NCBI GenBank assembly: GCA_016928815.1
Contig: JAFGJZ010000015.1
Location: 1-60,519 of the forward strand
From: Spirochaetota bacterium
Lineage (GTDB): Bacteria > Spirochaetota > UBA4802 > JAFGJZ01
Length of the DNA stretch: 60,519 nucleotides
Direction of reading: 5' to 3'
In this document: in pieces, positions 49,615-56,914 of the stretch
Layout: every line of letters begins with the position of its first letter
Position numbering within the stretch: the first letter of the stretch is position 1
The notes under the pieces: model-generated
What the model was told of the DNA's origin: nothing
The model's database searches: none
Seen by the model: the letters and a program-made list of their open reading frames with translations, nothing else
Position numbers and translations under genes: made by a program

Positions 49615-49742
49615 ATCCTCCTAAAATTAATCGGGAGGATAATGCATTTGTCAGAAAAGATTAAAGTTGTCCTTCCCTTCGCTGGCATTATCCAGATCAG
49701 GTTCAACGGGTATGATCTCAGCCCAAAGGGCACCCCGAAACT
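49615..49742 (-). promoter_or_regulatory. TPP (THI-box) riboswitch with SD-sequestering expression platform, leader of thi4-thiE-thiC-thiD
   Basis: The minus strand reads GUUUCGGGGUGCCCUUUGGGCUGAGAUCAUACCCGUUGAACCUGAUCUGGAUAAUGCCAGCGAAGGGAAGG. Downstream, AUCCUCC (49640..49634) is complementary to the SD GGAGGAU (49621..49615), which lies 6 nt before the ATG. A TTGACA -35 box is at 49777..49772. Confidence 0.9.
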
Positions 49743-49908
49743 TAAGTTTATTTTCACGGAACTGTTTTATTTGTCAAGGAATTATTGTTTTTGGAGTTGG
49801 GATGTGGAATATGCTCTTTAATTTTATTAAAAAAATATTTACCAATAAAAAGTCTGCTAACTGTTTAACTTTATCAAACAAACAGCAAGCAGACTTTATT
49901 TAAAAATT

Positions 49909-51189
49909 CTATAACTTACAGAAAACTCCAACCTGTAAGAAAACATTTACAGGTGCATCCTTTTTAAAATCATCTATATTAACTTTAGAATCAATATTGG
50001 CGTATTCAGGAACTATTCCCGAAGAATCGGTTGTCAATTGCTTTATTTTTAATTTCGACATATAATGTCCATACAAAAGATGTGAATAACCTACTGAGAA
50101 CTTAATTCCAAAGATATCATTAAAATTAATTTTAATTCCGGGATTGAACTCAGCATTAAGTACAGATACATTTTCAGTAAAGGAAATATCATATAATTGG
50201 TCATATACATGATATCCATCAACCCAATCCCGAAGGTGAAATTTGCCAATACTTATTTCATCTAATAAAAAATATGAATATGATAGAGACAAATTTAAAA
50301 AAAAGGTTGCCCTACCGATGTGCTTATTTAACGAACCTCCAAGCTTAACACCAGAACCACGGAAATTAAACTTTATGTTCTTATCATCTACATAATAAAT
50401 ATCTATTCTTTCTGAGGTTATTTCATTTTCAGCATAAGCATCCGGATGTGGAGATCTAACATCCTGACTATTGAAATAATTTACTGAAGCAATTACCCCG
50501 AAAACCCTGTTAAAATAATATCCAATGCCAAAATTAAATTCATCATACTCAACATTTTTAAAAAAAGTTTTAGTGTAAACCGGATCTCCGAATACTGTAG
50601 GCATACTTACGGTTGGTATCGGTAATTTATATATCATTCCCCGCCGGTAATCAAATGCAACCTCAAAATTACTATTTTCTACATTTTTCTTATAATCCCT
50701 ATTTGGCAGATTATATTCTTTTCCAGTCAGTTTATTTAAGAGTTTTACCGCAAGGACTTTTGACGCTTTGTCAATATCATCCATTACATAGCAGGTTTCA
50801 GAGTCAGCGACAATAACCGAACCGGTTTTAATATCTATAAATTTCGCATTTATTGAATATTTTTCTCCCAGCTTTGAAATAGAACCAAGAAGAAGGATGT
50901 CAGCAGACAGCATTTCACCGATTAGTATTGAATTATTAACATCTTCTGCAGATTTAATGCTCATATTTTTTTCTTTTAATATACGGTCAATCTGGGACCG
51001 TTCAATGATAGTCAGATCATTATATTTTTTTAATTCAGTTGTTATTACATCACTAACTGCTTTACCGAAAAATGACGGAACACCGTTTGAATTAAAATCA
51101 AGTACTGCCAGGTTATCCTTTGCTGCAAAAAGATTAAACGCTGTAAAAAAAATGATTATTAATGACAATAATTTAATTATGAATTTCAT
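49909..51189 (-). CDS. secreted protein: CsgG/LpoB-like N-terminal domain plus beta-barrel-like C-terminal region
   Basis: Signal peptide. LAVLDFNSNGVPSFFGKAVSDVITTELKKYNDLTIIERSQIDRILKEK and LLLGSISKLGEKYSINAKFIDIKTGSV fit the CsgG/LpoB/FlgO-type periplasmic fold. The C-terminal 270 aa are Y/F/G/N-rich with an alternating pattern. Confidence 0.45.
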   Translation of the reverse strand: MKFIIKLLSLIIIFFTAFNLFAAKDNLAVLDFNSNGVPSFFGKAVSDVITTELKKYNDLTIIERSQIDRILKEKNMSIKSAEDVNNSILIGEMLSADILLLGSISKLGEKYSINAKFIDIKTGSVIVADSETCYVMDDIDKASKVLAVKLLNKLTGKEYNLPNRDYKKNVENSNFEVAFDYRRGMIYKLPIPTVSMPTVFGDPVYTKTFFKNVEYDEFNFGIGYYFNRVFGVIASVNYFNSQDVRSPHPDAYAENEITSERIDIYYVDDKNIKFNFRGSGVKLGGSLNKHIGRATFFLNLSLSYSYFLLDEISIGKFHLRDWVDGYHVYDQLYDISFTENVSVLNAEFNPGIKINFNDIFGIKFSVGYSHLLYGHYMSKLKIKQLTTDSSGIVPEYANIDSKVNIDDFKKDAPVNVFLQVGVFCKL

Positions 51190-51260
51190 AAATTATACTC
51201 CTATAATGTTATTATTAAAAAGTGTATGAATTGGAATAATCGTCACAAAAATTTCTTAAT

Positions 51261-52049
51261 TTATTTTAAAATTTTTCTATTTTTAATCTCTTCAGAAATA
51301 ATCTGTAATTCCATATGTAAATCTTCCATGCGGTTAAAAGTCCTGTTGTTTACGTACTCAAGTTCTGAATTTTCAGCATTATATAATTTCACTGTTAATG
51401 AATACTTCTGATCAAGTCTGATTACTCTGCCTGTAAGAATATATTTTGACTCAGTTCTATTATCACCCAAATTTAAAATTACTGCGCCCTTTTCAGTAAA
51501 AGAGGACAATTCAGAAAACAACATGCCCTCAACATCCGGAATTTCTTCTGAATTAAAAAATTCAAACTTATTTATTTTCAATAAAACAGTATTTTCAGAT
51601 TTTTTCTGTACTTTTAAATTTTTATCGGTTTTCCCGTTTTCAATTGCTTCCGTTTCTTTTTTATCGGTTTTTGCCGGTATATCTCCGGCGCTATCATGAG
51701 TCATGGCAGATATAAATTCTTTTTTATTTTTATCCATATTTACCGAATTAAAATATACTTTATATGTAATTAGCGATGCCGGTACAGCAACCGAAATAAT
51801 TAATGAAGAAAGAAGGATAGTTTTTATCCAGGCAATTGATAGATTAATCCCGGTTTTTTTGAGCAGATAATAAACAGATATTAAAATCCCGAATGAAACC
51901 GAATAATTATCAACATCCTTTAATATAATTTTTAAATTTTTGGATTTATCAGCTGCAACAGATTTTTTAACCTCAGCCGGCAGGTCATTCTGAAACCTGT
52001 ATTTTCGCAGTAAGCTTCTAAAATTATTTTCGATTAATACTGATTTCAT
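51261..52049 (-). CDS. membrane protein in anti-sigma position (no zf-HC2 motif), extracytoplasmic CsgG/LpoB-like domain
   Basis: 4-nt overlap with the sigma gene. There are two TM helices. The C-terminal segment KYILTGRVIRLDQKYSLTVKLYNAENSEL resembles the N-domain of the next gene. Confidence 0.4.
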   Translation of the reverse strand: MKSVLIENNFRSLLRKYRFQNDLPAEVKKSVAADKSKNLKIILKDVDNYSVSFGILISVYYLLKKTGINLSIAWIKTILLSSLIISVAVPASLITYKVYFNSVNMDKNKKEFISAMTHDSAGDIPAKTDKKETEAIENGKTDKNLKVQKKSENTVLLKINKFEFFNSEEIPDVEGMLFSELSSFTEKGAVILNLGDNRTESKYILTGRVIRLDQKYSLTVKLYNAENSELEYVNNRTFNRMEDLHMELQIISEEIKNRKILK

Positions 52050-52651
52050 AATAATTCCTCAAGGCTGTTTATACCCTGTTTTTTCAAAATATCCATAACT
52101 TTTGAAACAATATTCCTGTACCGATATTCCACTTTCCTTTTCGTCAGACCGGTATGAACAGCCGTTTCTTTATAACTGTAATTAAAGAACGCGACCAGCT
52201 CAAAAACCATCTGCTCTTCTTCAGTTAACATACCTTCAAGCTGTTTAAAAGCAGATTCAATAATAATTCTTGACTCTCTCATTCCATTAACAAACGTCAG
52301 AGCAACATCATTAAAAATCTCATCAATGTCTGTTGACTCATTTTTCTTTTTCGAACGGTAATATTCAAAAACAACAAGTTTCAGAGTACCATACAGCCAC
52401 TTTTTATAATCTTCAATTTCATCCATTTTATTATACATACGGATAAAAACTTCCTGAGAAATGTCATTTGCATCTGCTTCATTACTGACTTTTGTATAGA
52501 CAGTGCTGTACACAAGGATGTAATATTTATCGTATATTTCAGTAAATTTCAATGCTTGTTTTCTATTCATTTCCCAGCCGCATATAAGTGATATAATCAG
52601 TACATTTGTAACAATAAATTTATTGTAAAGAAGAAATTTTTTCATATTCAT
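52046..52651 (-). CDS. ECF-type sigma-70 family RNA polymerase sigma factor
   Basis: Region 2 is DISQEVFIRMYNKMDEIEDYKKWLYGTLKLVVFEYYRSKKK. Region 4 is LTEEEQMVFELVAFFNYSYKETAVHTGLTKRKVEYRYRNIVSKV. The first 27 codons look like a spurious hydrophobic extension, so an alternative start is ATG 52570. Confidence 0.8.
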   Translation of the reverse strand: MNMKKFLLYNKFIVTNVLIISLICGWEMNRKQALKFTEIYDKYYILVYSTVYTKVSNEADANDISQEVFIRMYNKMDEIEDYKKWLYGTLKLVVFEYYRSKKKNESTDIDEIFNDVALTFVNGMRESRIIIESAFKQLEGMLTEEEQMVFELVAFFNYSYKETAVHTGLTKRKVEYRYRNIVSKVMDILKKQGINSLEELL

Positions 52652-52690
52652 AGCTGCTGTGTTTTAATCGAATCTGTTAAGTGTGAGTTA

Positions 52691-52805
52691 TAATCGGGAG
52701 GATAATGCATTTGTCAGAAAAGATTATAATCGTCCTTCCCTTCGCTGGCATTATCCAGATCAGGTTCAACGGGTATGATCTCAGCCCAAAGGGCACCCCG
52801 AAACT
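52691..52805 (-). promoter_or_regulatory. second TPP riboswitch aptamer copy, upstream of the ECF sigma operon
   Basis: 112/115 nt identical to 49628..49742. The only differences are at 52727, 52729 and 52731. The same TTGACA block lies at 52839..52834. Confidence 0.85.
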
Positions 52806-52933
52806 GACTTGATATTTATTTATGTGAGGTTTTTGTCAAGGAATTATTGGTTTATGATTTCTATGCATTTATTGTAATTTCTTTGTAGCTTTCTCAAATG
52901 TAGAAAAATAGCAGGGTTTAAAACAATATCCTT

Positions 52934-53158
52934 TCACTCTCCTTCTCTGAATTCCCTGATTATATTTATTATTTCATTTGTTTTTATTTTTGAATTGATG
53001 CCTTGAACATCAAATGGTGATTTCGATTCCGTTTCGATTATTGGTACTATTCTGAATTTGGAACCGTCCTTCCTGGCAATAACTACTTCTTCTTTTAATG
53101 AAGAATTGAGAATAGATGCAAAGTTCTGCCTGGCTTCAGAATAATTATATATTTTCAT
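52934..53158 (-). CDS. Phd/YefM-type antitoxin
   Basis: MKIYNYSEARQNFASILNSSLKEEVVIARKDGSKFRIVP is the typical Phd/YefM N-terminus. 4-nt overlap with the PIN gene. Confidence 0.7.
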   Translation of the reverse strand: MKIYNYSEARQNFASILNSSLKEEVVIARKDGSKFRIVPIIETESKSPFDVQGINSKIKTNEIINIIREFREGE

Positions 53159-53550
53159 TTGACCTCCTGAATTGATAAATTCATTTTTTCAGCAATTTCG
53201 ATCATTTTCTGATCAAGTGTTAAAAGACAAATTTTAAATCTTTTAGCAAGTTCCAGATAATAAGCATCATAGGCATATATGTCATATTTAAGAGCAATTT
53301 CAAGTGCGTCTTTAATATCAACTTCGACTAAACGAACTGGAATAAGTTTATAATTATAATAACATTTGTGAATTTCATCTTTTGAAAGCTTTTTCTGTTT
53401 ATTAATCGCTGAGAGAGCATTTCCGATTTCATAAGGAAGAATAACCGGAGAGATTATTTCAGCATTATGTGTTGTTTCAACAATTTTGACTTTTTCCGGC
53501 TCATTTAAAATAACAGCCATAAAAATGTTTGCATCTGCCAATAACTTCAT
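53155..53550 (-). CDS. vapC: PIN-domain toxin (VapC family)
   Basis: The four PIN acidic positions are present (LLADANIF, PYEIGNAL, AYDAYYLELA, LLTLDQKM). Start taken at ATG 53550. The track's 53565 start is a TTG. Confidence 0.8.
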   Translation of the reverse strand: MKLLADANIFMAVILNEPEKVKIVETTHNAEIISPVILPYEIGNALSAINKQKKLSKDEIHKCYYNYKLIPVRLVEVDIKDALEIALKYDIYAYDAYYLELAKRFKICLLTLDQKMIEIAEKMNLSIQEVK

Positions 53551-53761
53551 AAGTACAATGTACAACGATAAAGATTATTAGTCAATGTTTTTTAGCATAT
53601 TAATCTACAAAATTACTTCAAACTTTATATGCAGCAAAAACTCACCATGTAGTTTCTTTTGAACCTAACATCATACTTTAAATTTTGCGATCAACGATGA
53701 ATCAGCGGGAGACATTTGAACATCGGATTACTAAATAAGATGGAGACGCCTTATAATCTCA

Positions 53762-53884
53762 TTAGCGATGTAATTTTAAATAGTCTTCTACAATCTGCGA
53801 AAGACTTATCTTGCTTTTATTTGCGTGGAGCTTTGCTTTATGAATAATTGTATTATCAATTGACAAAGTTAATTTAGTCTGCAT
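53762..53884 (-). CDS. small ribbon-helix-helix-like antitoxin-type protein (DUF6364-like), orphan
   Basis: AGGAG lies 8 nt before ATG 53884. The product MQTKLTLSIDNTIIHKAKLHANKSKISLSQIVEDYLKLHR is typical of small RHH antitoxins paired with PIN toxins. Confidence 0.5.
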   Translation of the reverse strand: MQTKLTLSIDNTIIHKAKLHANKSKISLSQIVEDYLKLHR

Positions 53885-54056
53885 TTTAAATCTCCTGCGT
53901 ATAATAAAACAAATATTCTTACGTACATCAGGTTTAAATTTCCACATTTTCGTGGTTTTTAATATAACACATATTTATTTCATAAAACTATTGCAAAAAT
54001 TTCTGATAAATGCATAACTGATGATGAGCAATAAATAATCATGAGAGGATCCGGAT

Positions 54057-55511
54057 ATGCATCTATCAAAAACACTGGACTGGATAAAAAAACTGGCGGC
54101 TATGGAGCACAGAAGGGCCGGCTCTAAAAACGGACAGAAAACGGAAGCCTATCTGTATAAGGAATTCTGTAAAATCGCACCGGACAATGTCCACAAACAT
54201 GCAATACCCGTAACCCTGTGGGAAGCTGAAAAGTGGAATGTCGCACTTGTTGATCCGGAAACAGATAAAACTAAAACAGTTCCGTCTCATTACATACCAT
54301 ATACCCAATTTGCTGAGAAAACCAGGGCGTCCCTAATCTATGCAGGTCATGGCAAAAAGAAGGATCTGAAAGGGCTTGATTTCAAAAATAAAATTGTTGT
54401 TGTTGATTTGACATTTCCGATGCTTGAAAGCGCGAAGCTGGCAAAACTGGCGCTTTCAATCCATGATCCTGAAAATAAAATTAAGCCGAAGCTGCATGAG
54501 GCCACCTGGATCAGACCGGCCTGGCATGTTTATGACAAGGCAGTCAGACAGGGAGCTGTCGGATTTATCGGCATACTGTCAAATCAGCCCGGAGGATATA
54601 ACAGTTATTATGCTCCTTACGGATTCAAGGAAGGCGACCGTATTCTGGATAAACCCATTCCTGGATTCTGGATCGGAAAAAATGAAGGTGAACTGATACG
54701 CAAAGCGGCCCGTGCTGGACAAACCGTACAGGTTTCTCTTAAGGGCAGCAGACGGCAGTCGGTGACTCATAACATATACGGAATTCTGCCCGGCGAAAGT
54801 GATGAGGTAATCATACTGGCTTCCCACCACGACTCTCCTTTTCAGGGAGTAACTGAAGATGCTTCGGGAGTTGCCACTGTATTGACCATCGCCTCGGAAC
54901 TTGCTGCCCGCAAAAAACCGCTTAAAAAAACCGTTTTATTTATGGCCACAGCCGGTCATTTCTACGGGTCAATAGGAACACGACGTTTCATAGAAGAACA
55001 TCCTGAAATTATCCGAAAAACTGTTGCGGAGATTCATATTGAACATATTGCAATGGAGGCTAAAGAAAAAGACGGTAAACTGATTCTGACAGGGAATCCC
55101 GAACCTGCCGGAATATTCTGCAACTACAACAGGAAATCGGTTGAACTGGTTTCAGAGATCATTGACCGCCACAACCTGACGCCGTCTTTTGTCCTGCCTG
55201 CAAGCGGTCCTCTGGGCAAATATCCGCCGACAGACGGAGGGGACTTCTACGAGCATGGTGTTCCTGTTTTTAACATGATAAGCAATCCGGTCTATTTACT
55301 GGTAGATGCTGACGGCATGGATAAGTTATGCAAAGAAAGACTTATTCCCACGGCAAAGGCTTTTTGCCGGCTTATTGAACAGTTGGATGACGTACATGTG
55401 GGAGAACTTACCGATAAACATTATCCGTTAAAAAAAGCTGTCGGTTCTTTTGCTTCATGGTTAACAGCCCGGAAGATTGTCAAGCAGTACGGCAAGGGTG
55501 TCAGTGTCTGA
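54057..55511 (+). CDS. M28-family zinc peptidase with PA-like insert
   Basis: ILASHHDSPFQGVTEDASGVATVL and FMATAGHFYGSIG resemble M28 metal-ligand blocks. No signal peptide. Confidence 0.65.
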   Translation: MHLSKTLDWIKKLAAMEHRRAGSKNGQKTEAYLYKEFCKIAPDNVHKHAIPVTLWEAEKWNVALVDPETDKTKTVPSHYIPYTQFAEKTRASLIYAGHGKKKDLKGLDFKNKIVVVDLTFPMLESAKLAKLALSIHDPENKIKPKLHEATWIRPAWHVYDKAVRQGAVGFIGILSNQPGGYNSYYAPYGFKEGDRILDKPIPGFWIGKNEGELIRKAARAGQTVQVSLKGSRRQSVTHNIYGILPGESDEVIILASHHDSPFQGVTEDASGVATVLTIASELAARKKPLKKTVLFMATAGHFYGSIGTRRFIEEHPEIIRKTVAEIHIEHIAMEAKEKDGKLILTGNPEPAGIFCNYNRKSVELVSEIIDRHNLTPSFVLPASGPLGKYPPTDGGDFYEHGVPVFNMISNPVYLLVDADGMDKLCKERLIPTAKAFCRLIEQLDDVHVGELTDKHYPLKKAVGSFASWLTARKIVKQYGKGVSV

Positions 55512-55572
55512 TATTCAGCAATGAAGTCTGATACCGGTTTCTGATTTCACAGAGTTCAGACTTCAATGAATT

Positions 55573-55905
55573 TTATTCGACATGAGCCAGTTCATCAATA
55601 ATTGCTTTCTCGACGAATTTATTCAAGGATACTTTCTTTTTTATTGAGGCAATCGCTATTGCCTTATGAAGTTCCGGAGAAATTCTTAAATTGAATTTTC
55701 CTGAATAAGGTTTTTCAGGATTAACTCCATCTTCTTTACACCATTTCAAATAATCATCAATTGAGTCTTCAAACGCTTTTTCAATTTCTTTTACAGATGT
55801 TCCCTGGAATGTAATTACATCTTTTGTATTTATTACATCTCCATGAAAAATCTTTGCGTCAGAATCGTAAGTTACTGTTCCAATGTATCCTTTATATTCC
55901 ATCAT
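55573..55905 (-). CDS. hicB: HicB antitoxin
   Basis: MMEYKGYIGTVTYDSDAKIFHGDVINTKDVITFQGTSVKEIEKAFEDSIDDYL...SGKFNLRISPELHKA. This combines the HicB N-domain with an RHH domain. Confidence 0.85.
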   Translation of the reverse strand: MMEYKGYIGTVTYDSDAKIFHGDVINTKDVITFQGTSVKEIEKAFEDSIDDYLKWCKEDGVNPEKPYSGKFNLRISPELHKAIAIASIKKKVSLNKFVEKAIIDELAHVE

Positions 55906-56156
55906 GGTTTTATCCCCGCGTTTTCTAAAAATCGTTTCATTGACACTACTGCACCTTTATCTGTTTCTTTTTTAGGATGCGGCCTGTGAAAAACAGCTCT
56001 TACATCATTAAGCCTGATACGGATTCTTGAACCATCGCCTTCACTTATTTCTGCTCCTATTGACAGCAGAAATGCTTCAATGTCTTTCCATTGAATAGAT
56101 GACATTGCCGGCTTTTTGAAGATATCTTTCAATGTTTTTCTATTTCTGGCATTCAT
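55902..56156 (-). CDS. hicA: HicA toxin
   Basis: An 84-aa protein with the GSRIRIRL...VFHRPHP block. It lies upstream of and overlaps hicB by 4 nt, which is the canonical hicAB order. Confidence 0.85.
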   Translation of the reverse strand: MNARNRKTLKDIFKKPAMSSIQWKDIEAFLLSIGAEISEGDGSRIRIRLNDVRAVFHRPHPKKETDKGAVVSMKRFLENAGIKP

Positions 56157-56240
56157 TCTGATATTACAGTACTAATAATTGGTACCACTGTCAAGCTTTT
56201 TTCAAACAAATTTATATTCTAATTCCATCGACTTCCACAA

Positions 56241-56771
56241 TCACCTACTGCCAGCGCGCATCTCTGATTCATATGATTTCTTTATTTTTTTATACCGGAC
56301 TGTCATTTTTTCAATTTCTTTCATCTTCTTCAAAGAATCGGAATACCACGGACTGGTTTCGTGTTCGGCAGCCACGATTGAGAATTTGAGATACGCCTGC
56401 GCCATCCCGGTTATTAGTGATTTTATTACAGCTAGAGCTTCCGGATGAGTTTCAATCGCACCGGCATTGAAAAGTCCTTCAATGGAATAACTTTTCCATT
56501 TTGACGGGTGAATATTTTGAAAGAGTGAGATTCCTTCTTTATAGACAGCATAGGCTTCATCCTTAACTTCTGATTTTTTACCGGCATCTCCGGTTTTCAC
56601 AAGGTTAAGAAGATTTGAATATGCCTGATTAAGTCTTATCATTGCGAGATGACTTTGCATACTGTCATTATTTTTATCCGGATGAAACTGTTTGCATTTC
56701 CGCCGGAAAGCTTTTTTCAATTCATCGCAGGTGAAGGATTCATTTATTTCAAGAACCTCATAGTCTGTCAT
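56241..56771 (-). CDS. J-domain protein (DnaJ-like co-chaperone, no G/F or zinc-finger regions)
   Basis: DYEVLEINESFTCDELKKAFRRKCKQFHPDKN contains the HPD motif. The C-terminal 110 aa are unassigned. Confidence 0.8.
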   Translation of the reverse strand: MTDYEVLEINESFTCDELKKAFRRKCKQFHPDKNNDSMQSHLAMIRLNQAYSNLLNLVKTGDAGKKSEVKDEAYAVYKEGISLFQNIHPSKWKSYSIEGLFNAGAIETHPEALAVIKSLITGMAQAYLKFSIVAAEHETSPWYSDSLKKMKEIEKMTVRYKKIKKSYESEMRAGSR

Positions 56772-56914
56772 ATCTGTTGCATACCAGCCTTTCTGTTTAT
56801 AACTTTAAATCCTGATTTTTCTGCCGGTTCTGCAGATATATCATTACTCTCATCTTCTTCAGTTAACCGGAATACCATGCTGACTTTTCCGGTTGGCAAT
56901 TATATAATCCGGGA

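Noticed and set aside
49667-49903. A 78-aa plus-strand ORF lies between thi4 and the OMP-like gene.
   Set aside because: It overlaps the TPP aptamer and promoter on the opposite strand. The conservation there is explained by the RNA element, not by coding.
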